From NCBI GenBank assembly GCA_038245785.1, contig JBBRSB010000050.1:1-15039 (forward strand): DNA of 15,039 nt. The letters are read 5' to 3'. The position numbers were made by a program, and so were the translations under genes. This document shows, piece after piece, positions 1 to 8,526 of this stretch (position 1 is its first letter; every line of letters begins with the position of its first letter). Below the pieces are notes generated by a model. It was not told the origin of the DNA. It made no database searches and was given only the letters and a program-made list of their open reading frames with translations. This DNA is from Gloeobacterales cyanobacterium. Lineage in GTDB: Bacteria; Cyanobacteriota; Cyanobacteriia; Gloeobacterales; PMM-0068.

Positions 1-68
1 TCGGGGCGGACCCCGGTCAAACGCTTGAACTCACTGGGTTTAAGGTCTTTGATACGGTCGTAGGTCAT
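1..68 (-). CDS. IS5-family transposase, N-terminal 22 codons (partial)
   Basis: ATG at 68 reads MTYDRIKDLKPSEFKRLTGVRP, matching the recalled N-terminus of cyanobacterial ISL2/IS702-like transposases (MTYEQxKxLKPxEFKRLxGV). Not in the ORF track because it runs off the window. Confidence 0.8.
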   Translation of the reverse strand, partial: MTYDRIKDLKPSEFKRLTGVRP

Positions 69-137
69 AGGTCTATCCGTCTACCATCCCTAACCTACCC
101 TATGGACTCGGCCTATTCTATTCGTGCAAGAGCTCTA
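1..137 (-). mobile_element. Left end of an IS5-family (ISL2/IS702-like group) insertion sequence, continuing beyond the window start
   Basis: Minus strand 137-121 reads TAGAGCTCTTGCACGAA, resembling the TAGACCTCTTGCA-type termini I recall for cyanobacterial IS5-family elements. A transposase-like start follows about 70 bp inside. The adjacent SDR gene ends abruptly at this junction. Confidence 0.75.
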
Positions 138-860
138 TTGTCCAGTGACAAAACTAGAAGCGTCTGAGCAGAGCCATAGCACAGCATTTACCACTTCTTC
201 CGGCGTGCCCAGCCGACCCATTGGCTGCCCTGCGATAAACTCTTTGATCGCTTCTGGATTTGCTTTGGAAAGGCGATCAAACATCTCAGTTTGAATTGGA
301 CCTGGACTGACGGCATTTACCCGAATTCCTTGCTTGACATATTCTAGTGCCAACGATTTTGTTAGCCCTTCTACAGCGTGCTTGCTAGCCGTGTAGATCG
401 GTACCATTGCCCCACCGACTAAGCCCAGAACCGAACTGGTATTGACGATCGCCCCACCACCACTTTTCAACAGGGCTGGAATCTCATGTTTCAAGGATAA
501 CCATACCCCTTTGACATTGATATTCATGATGCGATCGTAAGTGGCTTCGGTTTGCTCTGCTAACGGTGTGGGATCTTGCTCTACTCCAGCATTGTTGAAA
601 GCAATGTCGAGCCGTCCATAGTGGGTCATTATTTTCTCAATCAGCATCTGCACATCGGCTTCTTTAGAAACATCTGCCGAAACAGCAAAGCCTTCCCCAC
701 CCATCGCTTGAATTTGTCGAATCGTTTCTTCACCTTCAACTTGCCGACGACCTATCACAACAACTTTTGCTCCAGCTTGAGCCAGGGCGATCGCGGTTGC
801 TTTACCAATCCCTGATGTTCCACCTGTAATGAGTGCGACTTTTCCAGATAATGTAGTCAT
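135..860 (-). CDS. Classical short-chain dehydrogenase/reductase (glucose 1-dehydrogenase/FabG-like), C-terminally truncated by the IS
   Basis: TGGTSGIG Rossmann motif, NNAG, catalytic YTASK, IRVNAVSPG. Ends ...SSFVTGQ* without the usual xxxVDGG tail. RBS TAGGAG at about 868-873. Confidence 0.92.
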   Translation of the reverse strand: MTTLSGKVALITGGTSGIGKATAIALAQAGAKVVVIGRRQVEGEETIRQIQAMGGEGFAVSADVSKEADVQMLIEKIMTHYGRLDIAFNNAGVEQDPTPLAEQTEATYDRIMNINVKGVWLSLKHEIPALLKSGGGAIVNTSSVLGLVGGAMVPIYTASKHAVEGLTKSLALEYVKQGIRVNAVSPGPIQTEMFDRLSKANPEAIKEFIAGQPMGRLGTPEEVVNAVLWLCSDASSFVTGQ

Positions 861-875
861 TGTTAATCTCCTAAA

Positions 876-1736
876 TCATTGCTTTACCAGATCTTTGAGA
901 ACAGTCTCCAGTTCGACTTCGCCCTTCATAGAACCAGACTCGCCACCCTCAAACTCGACCCAGCCCTCATTGAAACCGTCGAGCATCCGAATACGCGGCT
1001 GCGGATTGGCGTTACCCTGAGCCTTGAACAACGCTTCCCAGGTGGCGTGAGGAACCGCTTCCGCCTGTACCGAACGTCCTAGCAGCTTGGAAAAGCTCTG
1101 GGCAAGATCGTTTGGCGTTACACGGTGTAGACCCTCGATCTCGACGATCCGCCGTCCGCTCCAGGTCTGTTGAAGCAACTCGGACGCAATGCGACCGACA
1201 TCCGCCGTAGCAATCATGGGCACGGGTTTATCTAGGGGTTGCATGAAGCTGGGGATCAGACCTTTCTCTTTAGCGGGTGCCACGTCCCAAGCAGCGTTTT
1301 CCATAAACCAGGCAGCCCGAAGAAAAGCGATCGGCATCGGCAGATCTCCCAATTCCTGCTCCATGATTTGTAGTTGAGTGAGCACAGTCGGCTGGTTTGA
1401 CTGCGCGCCAATGGTAGACAGGCAGACGACCTTGCCCGGTTGTGCCGCTGCGATCGCCGTATGCAGAGCAGCAACGAACGCATGTGCTTCCCCGAAGCCC
1501 GGTGATGGTGCGAAGTTTGGCGGAATCACAACGAACACACCCTCGGTATCGGTAAAAGCTGCTGTGAGCGCGTCCGCATCGTTCATGTCCGCTACGGCAA
1601 CAGTACAGCCCCGCTCTGCCCAAGCGATGCCCTTATTGGCATTTCGCACTACAGCGCGGACAGACTGTTTTTTGCTCAACAAGTTGTGGGCGGCAGCACC
1701 GCCGACCTGACCTGTAATTCCGGTAATTGCGTACAT
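876..1736 (-). CDS. NmrA-like NAD(P)H-binding protein (atypical SDR)
   Basis: MYAITGITGQVG N-terminal dinucleotide-binding motif and LRAAWFMEN. Start moved from 1778 to the ATG at 1736, which has an AAGGAGAG RBS at 1741-1748. Confidence 0.9.
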   Translation of the reverse strand: MYAITGITGQVGGAAAHNLLSKKQSVRAVVRNANKGIAWAERGCTVAVADMNDADALTAAFTDTEGVFVVIPPNFAPSPGFGEAHAFVAALHTAIAAAQPGKVVCLSTIGAQSNQPTVLTQLQIMEQELGDLPMPIAFLRAAWFMENAAWDVAPAKEKGLIPSFMQPLDKPVPMIATADVGRIASELLQQTWSGRRIVEIEGLHRVTPNDLAQSFSKLLGRSVQAEAVPHATWEALFKAQGNANPQPRIRMLDGFNEGWVEFEGGESGSMKGEVELETVLKDLVKQ

Positions 1737-1770
1737 TTGGCTCTCCTTGTAAATAGCAGACAATAGTATT

Positions 1771-2456
1771 TCAGCCATTTTTATGGGCTAGCTCAAGATC
1801 GTCGAGAAATGAGACGTTTTTCTCAACAGGATCGCGGCTAATATGCAGGTGATTAGGGGGAAATCAGGATCGGTATAGCCAACGGCTAAACCACACAGGA
1901 TCGATAGTTCTGGTGGAATATTCAACTCACTGCGGATGACTTCGGGATAAGCGGCTAGCGAAACCTGAGCACAGGTGCCCAGTCCACGAGCGGTTAGGCT
2001 CAACATCAGCGTTTGTAAATAGATCCCCACACTTAAAGCATCCGCATCACCCAGTTCTCGGTTCATGCAGACGATACCGACCAGTGGGGCACCAAAAAAT
2101 TCGTAATTATGCAGAACTGCCAGTTCTCGACTTGCTTTATCTTCACGAGCAATCCCCATCGCTCCATAGACTTGTTCGCCCAGTTCCTGACGGTAATGCT
2201 GGAATGCATCCGGCAGTTGAGCAATTTTGGGTAACTGAGACTCGTCAAAATGTTGAGCTTGCTTGAGCAAAACCTTTTCCAGCCGATCTCTGTGGGTGCC
2301 TTCAGCAAATACTATCCGCCACGGCTGGGTATTGGAATTTGACGGCGCGAGCTGTGCTAAAGCAAGGGCTTCATTGAGTAAAGTTCGCGGCACGGGTTTA
2401 GGTAAGAATTTTCGGGTTGAGTGCCTGTCTTTGATCGTTTGGTCGAGGTCGAACAT
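1771..2456 (-). pseudogene. Nitroreductase family protein with an apparent 1-bp frameshift near the 3' end
   Basis: RHSTRKF, APSNSNTQPW and LTARGLGTC motifs. Start ATG 2456 with GAGG RBS. The annotated frame ends at 1788 with an atypical tail. Adding one base at the G5 run 1856-1860 gives PDFP(A)NHLHISRDPVEKNVSFLDDLELAHKNG*, stopping at 1771. Confidence 0.8.
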
Positions 2457-2561
2457 GTTTAACAAACCTCTATGAGAGAGAGTAGTTAGGCTCTGAATTC
2501 GCTGTTGATCGTTAGGTTTACACTGGCAGATTATTGATAAACATCTTTTCAAGCTTCCAGC

Positions 2562-2948
2562 TCAGATAAAGAAAGCATTCATGCCATCAATGTCAGAGAG
2601 AAAAGTCTCGATCGCGGCGATCTTGCTGTCCTTGAACTGACATACCGAAGCTAAATACTCATCGAGCACTCGATCGCCCTGCCGTGCCGTATTGTGCAAA
2701 GACAAAGCCACACTGTCGCTACCGACGAGAACGTGCTGTAGCTCGAAGTTAAGCCCATAGCTGGTAATTTTGCGCGCTCGCTCGACTACAGCATCGGCTC
2801 CGTTGGCGGTGCCTGAGATCGTGTTGTCGCCCGGCAATGTCCAATGTGCGTCTTCAGTGAGGAGGGCACGTATCGCACTCCAATCGCGTGCGGAGATTGC
2901 AGCAAGAAAGGAACGGGCGATATCGACTTGGGTTTGATAATTGATCAT
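2562..2948 (-). CDS. SnoaL-like / NTF2-family protein
   Basis: FLAAISARDWSAIRALLTEDAHWTLPG...KIAAIETF pattern typical of NTF2/SnoaL folds. Start ATG 2948 with AGGAG at 2960-2964. Confidence 0.85.
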   Translation of the reverse strand: MINYQTQVDIARSFLAAISARDWSAIRALLTEDAHWTLPGDNTISGTANGADAVVERARKITSYGLNFELQHVLVGSDSVALSLHNTARQGDRVLDEYLASVCQFKDSKIAAIETFLSDIDGMNAFFI

Positions 2949-3029
2949 TTGTGAAATGGCTCCTGTTTGAGAAAGTGGAGTCTTACCTGCTATCGAGGTA
3001 AAAGTAGGCTGACATGATGTCATCTTTGA

Positions 3030-3890
3030 TTACGCAACGTGAGTTGTCATAAAGCGACAGATATGGGCTGCGATCGCATCCCCTTCCTCTTCCAGCGCAA
3101 AATGCCCGGTATCGAGTAAATGAAACTCTAGAGTTTGCAGGTCGCGCTTGTAGGGATAAGCACCTTCGGCTGGAAAGATGTCATCATTCTTGCCCCAAAC
3201 AATCAGGGTAGGGGGCTGATATTTGCGGAAATATTCCTGCCACTGCGGATATAACGGTGGATTTGTGCCATAGCTATACAGCAGCGCCAGTTGAATCTGA
3301 GCGTTTCCAGGACGATCGAGGAAGGGTTGATCCATATTCCAGGTATCTGGGCTGATCGCTTCAAGATTACGAACGCCGTGGGTGTATTGCCACTTTGTCA
3401 TTTCCAGTGTGAAAAAGGGTCTGAGCTTGTCAGCGTTCTCAGCAGAAGGGTCTTGCCAGTATGCTTTAGCTGGGTTCCAAAATTCACCGCGTATCCCTTC
3501 CTCATAGGCATTCCCGTTTTGAACGATGAGTGCCTCCACTCGCTCTGGATGTTTAGCCGCAATCCGAAAGCCAATGGGCGCACCATAGTCCATTACGTAG
3601 AGGCTATATCGCTGGAGATCGATCGCGGTAATAAATTTCTCCACGATTTCAGCCAAGTGATCAAACGTATAGTCAAACTCATTCACGGCTGGTATTGAAC
3701 TATTACCGTAACTTGGATAATCAGGTGCAATCAGATGGAAGCGATCGGCAAGCGCAGGCATCAGATTACGAAACATGTGAGAGGAAATCGGGAATCCATG
3801 CAACAGCAGAATCGTCGGATTACTACGAGAGCCAGCTTCTCGATAAAAGATATCTAAACCATCGATTGACACCGTGCAAAATGTGGTCAT
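3030..3890 (-). CDS. Alpha/beta hydrolase, epoxide hydrolase/haloalkane dehalogenase-like
   Basis: HGFP oxyanion motif, MDYGAP with Asp nucleophile, WGKND, C-terminal GHF catalytic His. Confidence 0.92.
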   Translation of the reverse strand: MTTFCTVSIDGLDIFYREAGSRSNPTILLLHGFPISSHMFRNLMPALADRFHLIAPDYPSYGNSSIPAVNEFDYTFDHLAEIVEKFITAIDLQRYSLYVMDYGAPIGFRIAAKHPERVEALIVQNGNAYEEGIRGEFWNPAKAYWQDPSAENADKLRPFFTLEMTKWQYTHGVRNLEAISPDTWNMDQPFLDRPGNAQIQLALLYSYGTNPPLYPQWQEYFRKYQPPTLIVWGKNDDIFPAEGAYPYKRDLQTLEFHLLDTGHFALEEEGDAIAAHICRFMTTHVA

Positions 3891-3919
3891 AACATTACTC
3901 CTGACCTGTAATAGACTTG

Positions 3920-4369
3920 CTATATTTTTGTAGCAGCGGCGGGCAAGGCTCCGGGTGGACCCAGAAGTTCGTCGCCAATTTCAGCAGCCATGCGCTCAAG
4001 CAGAACCATATCCTGCGGTTCTGTCTCAGTTAGCGTCCCCGTTGCTGCGATCAGTTGAGCAAAGCCACTTGGTGCCGCAACGACCAACAAGCGAGCTGGC
4101 TTATCGCTGACCGAGCCAACTACGTGGGGCGTGCCTAGAGGAATCAGGAAGCTTTCACCAGCATTTAGCACAGCCTTGTCTTCACCTGCCCATGCTGTGA
4201 CCTCGCCTTCTAGCACATAGATTTGTTCGGAATAGCGTGTGTGGCGGTGGAGAGGAGTCTGGATGCCCGATGGAAAGTAGCCTTCAATCAGATCGTACTG
4301 ACCTCCGGTGGTGGCGGCATCGGCAATGATGTTGAAGCGAGCACCTAAAAACCAAAGAGATTGTGTCAT
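3920..4369 (-). CDS. Cupin-domain protein (quercetin dioxygenase/QdoI-like monocupin)
   Basis: [17 protein letters not shown] and [12 protein letters not shown] cupin metal-binding motifs. Start ATG 4369 with AAGGAG at 4377-4382. Confidence 0.88.
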   Translation of the reverse strand: MTQSLWFLGARFNIIADAATTGGQYDLIEGYFPSGIQTPLHRHTRYSEQIYVLEGEVTAWAGEDKAVLNAGESFLIPLGTPHVVGSVSDKPARLLVVAAPSGFAQLIAATGTLTETEPQDMVLLERMAAEIGDELLGPPGALPAAATKI

Positions 4370-4538
4370 GGGATTGCTCCTTGCATGGATTCTGAATGTA
4401 TTCTCAGTTGAGTGGTGTAATATGGCATCGACTTTGCCGTAGTCAAAGAACGGTTTCCAAAGTCGGTACCAAAGCCCGACCAAAGCCCGTTGAGCTACCT
4501 GTAATCAGCCACACGCGAGATGATGCTTGACTAGTCAT
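4366..4538 (-). pseudogene. Internally deleted SDR oxidoreductase remnant
   Basis: AGGAG RBS (4546-4550) and ATG 4538 give MTSQASSRVWLITGSSTGFGRAL, an SDR Rossmann start, stopping at 4443. From 4470 a shifted frame reads GTDFGNRSLTT, resembling the PGxFRTDFxxRS segment found far downstream in intact homologues. Confidence 0.8.
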
Positions 4539-4587
4539 AATGAGTCTCCTGAATAAACTGATGATGTTCCGATTGTTTTTAATCGGT

Positions 4588-5124
4588 TTAATGGGCTGCA
4601 TTGGCAATCGCTGCCATTAACTGATGAATGTTCCAACGATCGCGATAACGAATGCCATTAATAAACAACGCTGGGGCAACCGTTACGCCACTATGTTTCC
4701 CACCTTCGATATCTCTGTTGATGCGATCAATGTGTACTTGACTGGATATATCTTGTAAAAATTGGGGAATATCAAGTTCTAGATGATTGGCATACTCCAC
4801 TAGATAATCGTTGCCCAACTCTTGTTGATGGGTAAATAAATTATCATGCATTTGCCAAAACTTACCTTGAGCCGCCGCTGCTTCGGCTGCTTCGGCAGCG
4901 CGTAGAGCATAGAGATGTGTTTGTGGCTGTGGAAAGTGACGAAAGACAAAACATAAGTTATTGACCTGCTGCTGGATTACCTTAATTAATTGATGAACTT
5001 CGCCACAAGTGGAACATTGGTAATTACCATATTCAACGAGCGTCGCCGAAGCATTCACCCATCCCTGAAGGTGATCTTGTTCTGAAAGCGGCGCAGACAG
5101 CCGATCATCATCACTGGAACTCAT
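4588..5124 (-). CDS. DsbA-family thioredoxin-fold protein
   Basis: EYGNYQCSTCG (CxxC), FVFRHFP, AAEAAEAAAAQGKFWQMHD, and P-x-LFING cis-Pro loop. No signal peptide seen. Start ATG 5124 or GTG 5130. Confidence 0.9.
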   Translation of the reverse strand: MSSSDDDRLSAPLSEQDHLQGWVNASATLVEYGNYQCSTCGEVHQLIKVIQQQVNNLCFVFRHFPQPQTHLYALRAAEAAEAAAAQGKFWQMHDNLFTHQQELGNDYLVEYANHLELDIPQFLQDISSQVHIDRINRDIEGGKHSGVTVAPALFINGIRYRDRWNIHQLMAAIANAAH

Positions 5125-5283
5125 TTGCACCTCTTCTAAAAGGAGCGCAGCAGGTAGAGACGATGCTCGCTATGAAACCGCTTTCACAGTGGGGTAAACC
5201 TATATCGCTCTGTTGTCTGTTGCATACTCTCAATTTAGAGAGTTCAGTCGGCTTTGTCGCTGAGAAAGCTCTCAGAAGATAAG

Positions 5284-5323
5284 CTGGCAAATTGGACAAC
5301 TGATCGACTGACAAATCTGACAG
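5284..5323 (-). promoter_or_regulatory. Tandem imperfect 16-bp repeats, candidate binding sites for the NarL-type regulator
   Basis: ctggcaaattggacaa (5284-5299) and ctgacaaatctgacag (5308-5323) are 12/16 identical with 24-bp period. The second copy contains CTGACA twice. They lie between the regulator and the downstream gene string. Function is inferred. Confidence 0.45.
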
Positions 5324-5332
5324 GTATGGGCA

Positions 5333-5962
5333 CTACAGGGTGACAATGCCCCGTCTTAAGGCAACTACCACCGCCTGAGTGCGATCGTCCACGCCCAACT
5401 TACTTAAAATATGATTGATATGAAAATTGACCGTGCGTTCAGTAATATTTAGCGCCTTGCTGATAGCTTGGGTACTCTTGCCCGTGGTAATAAGTTGAAG
5501 CACCTCTAACTCACGATCGCTCAATTCTGAACTCGCCATCCGCTCTAAAAGTTTGGCACCGACATGAGGTGGAATGTGCTTCTGCCCTTTGTGAACAGCG
5601 CGAATCGCAGACAGCAATTCTTCTGGTTCCGCATCCTTGAGTAAATACCCTTTGGCTCCTGCCCGCAAGCCCTGATAAATGTCTTCATCGCCATCGTAGG
5701 TCGTCAATACGATGATTTGAGCCGTAGGAAACTCGGTGCAGAGAGCAGTAATGGCAGCAACACCATCCATTTCAGGCATTCGTAAATCCATCAACGTTAC
5801 ATCTGGTTGCTCTTGACGAAAGACGACAAGTGCCTCCTGACCATTCCCAGCTTGTCCAACAACAAAGATATCTGGCGCTTCTTCCAGCATCGCCACCAAC
5901 CCCTGACGCACAACGGGGTGATCGTCCACAACCAAAACACGAATGGCATTGGGTTGGCTCAT
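5333..5962 (-). CDS. NarL/LuxR-family DNA-binding response regulator
   Basis: VVDDH, phosphoacceptor LMDLRMP, GYLLK, and C-terminal LuxR HTH (LSDRELEVL...TVNFHINHILSKL). ATGA overlap with the kinase stop. Confidence 0.96.
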   Translation of the reverse strand: MSQPNAIRVLVVDDHPVVRQGLVAMLEEAPDIFVVGQAGNGQEALVVFRQEQPDVTLMDLRMPEMDGVAAITALCTEFPTAQIIVLTTYDGDEDIYQGLRAGAKGYLLKDAEPEELLSAIRAVHKGQKHIPPHVGAKLLERMASSELSDRELEVLQLITTGKSTQAISKALNITERTVNFHINHILSKLGVDDRTQAVVVALRRGIVTL

Positions 5963-8526
5963 AGTGGTTTTTCCTGATTCACAGACACCGTGATTTCTGT
6001 TCCTTGTCCAGGGGCGCTCTGGATCTGGAGCTGTGCCCTCATCCGATCGGCACGTTCTGCCATTCCCAATAAACCAAACCCATTGTGACTAAAAGCGCAA
6101 TCAACGGTAAATCCCTGTCCATCGTCTTTGATGCGTAAGAGGTACTGCGTGGGTCGATAAATGAGTTCAACCCGAATTTCAGTGGCTCCGGCGTGTTTCA
6201 GTGCATTCGTCAATGCTTCCTGTCCAATTCTGAGCAGATTATTTTCCACATCAGAGGGTAGCAGGTAGGGGATGCCGATGGCTTCACACAGGATTAGGGT
6301 ATTCGTGGATGATCCTAGCTGGGTTGTCAGTTGCTTGAAGGCGCTGGGCAGATCGTGATTTTCCAACAAGTAGGGACGGCGCAGTGCCTCTACAGAGCGA
6401 CGTGCTTCTGCGAGTCCAATTCGGGCTAGGTTCTGGACTTGAGTCAGGGAAGCCTGGGCTTTCTCTGGGTTTACTGTTAACTTACTAGCAGCAGCTCTAG
6501 CGTGAATAATAATCCCCGTGAAGGACTGTGCCAGCGTATCGTGAATTTCTCGTGCCATGCGGTTGCGTTCTTCTAGAATTGACGCTTCTTCTGCCTGTTT
6601 GCGTTCACGCAGTGCAGCGTTTCGCTGTTCGCTAATGTCTGTAACCAGACCATAATGTCCTCTCACTTGAGCGTTGTCATCAAAATCGGGGATCATGGTA
6701 GCAGAGATATACCGTTTGCCAGTTGGATAAGGAATTTCTGCCTCATAGGTTGAGATCTGCCCTGCTTGCGCTCGCTGAATAGTCGGCTCAGCAATGTGAT
6801 AGGCCGTCTCACCCAAGAGTTCAAGGACAGACTTGCCTAAAATTTCATCTCGACTACAGTTAAACCACATCTCATAGGTTCGGTTGACAAACCGATAGCG
6901 CTGATTGGTATCCACATAGCTAATCAAAGCCGGTAGAGCGTCGGTGATTAATCGCAATTCCTGTTCTCGTAAGCGAAGCTCGTTGTAGACACCGCGCAGT
7001 GCAGCCTCACTAGCTCGTAGCGCTGCTGTTTGTTCCGCGACCTGTTGCTCTAAGGTGCGGTTGTAATCGGCTAATAGTTGTTCCGATCGTTTCCGTTCAG
7101 TGATATCTCGTGTTACTGCGAGGACAGCAGTGATGGTTTGATTGTCATCTCGTGAGGGAACAGCGTGTGTTTCTACCCACCGATGTGTTCCCTTCAGTCC
7201 AACAATTTCAAACTCTAAGACCCCAGCTTCTCCCTGAAAAATACGTTCTGTCAGGGCTTGCAGTGCGTTATGGTATTTCTCAACCACAATCGGATAAACT
7301 GACTGACCCTGCAACTGTTGGAGAGAGTCTGCTTCAATCATGGCGAGTCCTGCTGGATTCATTTCCAAAAGCGTACCATCAGCATCCAGAAGCTTTACAC
7401 ACTCTGGGACTGACTGTACGATCGTTCTGAGCAGAGTCTCGCTCTTTACTAGTCTTGCTTCAGCATGTTTACGTTCGGTAATGTCTTGACAAGCTGTGAT
7501 CGCAAAGGCAATCTTTCCCGTTTTATCAACTACGGGTGTATTGGAGATTTGTACAAGGATAATTTTATTCGATAGGCAAACTTCTATGTCGTCTACGGTC
7601 ACGGGCTCTCCTGCAAGAGACCGAAAAATGGGCAATTGGTCAGTGGGATATAGCTGTTCGGTTCCAGCTTGGTAAACTTGATAGATTTCAGAGATTTGTT
7701 CGGGTGGAGCTTTTATTAAGCGATCAGCTTTATCCATTAACTGATGGGTTGCTCGATTCGCGTAAGTAATTTGCCCCGTAGAATCATGTACGGGAACGCC
7801 GATTGGCATCGCATCGATAAATTTTGTGAGGCGGTTTTCCCGTTCCTTCACTTCGGCATAGAGTTTCGCATTGGTAATGGCGATCGCTGCCTGGGTGGAT
7901 AATAGATGTAACACTTGCAATCGTTCGGAGGTAAAGGTTCCAGTCGCTAATTGATTTTCTAGATACAACACACCAACAAGCCGACCTTGATTCAGCAGCG
8001 GCAAACAAAGAAGCGATCTAGTTTGATTTTGCTGAATGTATGGCTCATTAATAAAATCACCTTCATGAGTTGCATTATTTAAGATGACAGCTTCATGAGT
8101 CTGGATGACATAGTTAATAATTGATTCGGTCGGGTAATTTTTGATTGGAATCGCTTGTAGAACTTGTGTAATGTGGACATCTTTGCCATCCTCATCATTT
8201 AGTTCATCAGAAACTTCGATCACCCATTCTCCTGATTTTTCTAAAATCAAATATCCAGTTTTTGCACCCGCAGTCTCGATCAAGATTTTTATTAAAGAAC
8301 GGAGCAGCCGCTCCAGTTCAATTTCACTCGAAATTGCTTGGGATTCTTTGATCGCCGCCGTCAAATCGAAGGCGCTGTCTGAGCTATTAGAGGTAGTTGC
8401 AAAAGCTTTGAGGATTGTCGTGCGAGCGATCAAAATCTTCAAGCAGAATGATGTGAGAGCGTCAATCTTCCTGCTGGCTGTATTCCTTGACCACTCCTTC
8501 CAGTTTGATAGAGCAAATAATTTCAT
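5959..8526 (-). CDS. Soluble sensor histidine kinase, GAF-PAS-PAS-PAS-HisKA_3-HATPase (true start uncertain)
   Basis: GAF (SLLCLPLLNQGRLVGVLYLEN), three PAS/PAC units ending QDITERK, RDITERK and TDISEQR, H-box EERNRMAREIHDTLAQ, N-box QEALTNALKHA, DDGQGF, GFGLLGM. No TM segment seen. Confidence 0.92.
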   Translation of the reverse strand: MKLFALSNWKEWSRNTASRKIDALTSFCLKILIARTTILKAFATTSNSSDSAFDLTAAIKESQAISSEIELERLLRSLIKILIETAGAKTGYLILEKSGEWVIEVSDELNDEDGKDVHITQVLQAIPIKNYPTESIINYVIQTHEAVILNNATHEGDFINEPYIQQNQTRSLLCLPLLNQGRLVGVLYLENQLATGTFTSERLQVLHLLSTQAAIAITNAKLYAEVKERENRLTKFIDAMPIGVPVHDSTGQITYANRATHQLMDKADRLIKAPPEQISEIYQVYQAGTEQLYPTDQLPIFRSLAGEPVTVDDIEVCLSNKIILVQISNTPVVDKTGKIAFAITACQDITERKHAEARLVKSETLLRTIVQSVPECVKLLDADGTLLEMNPAGLAMIEADSLQQLQGQSVYPIVVEKYHNALQALTERIFQGEAGVLEFEIVGLKGTHRWVETHAVPSRDDNQTITAVLAVTRDITERKRSEQLLADYNRTLEQQVAEQTAALRASEAALRGVYNELRLREQELRLITDALPALISYVDTNQRYRFVNRTYEMWFNCSRDEILGKSVLELLGETAYHIAEPTIQRAQAGQISTYEAEIPYPTGKRYISATMIPDFDDNAQVRGHYGLVTDISEQRNAALRERKQAEEASILEERNRMAREIHDTLAQSFTGIIIHARAAASKLTVNPEKAQASLTQVQNLARIGLAEARRSVEALRRPYLLENHDLPSAFKQLTTQLGSSTNTLILCEAIGIPYLLPSDVENNLLRIGQEALTNALKHAGATEIRVELIYRPTQYLLRIKDDGQGFTVDCAFSHNGFGLLGMAERADRMRAQLQIQSAPGQGTEITVSVNQEKPL

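Noticed and set aside
5111..5314. 67-aa minus-strand ORF between the regulator and the DsbA-like gene
   Set aside because: No family resemblance or clear RBS, and it runs through the probable regulatory repeats.
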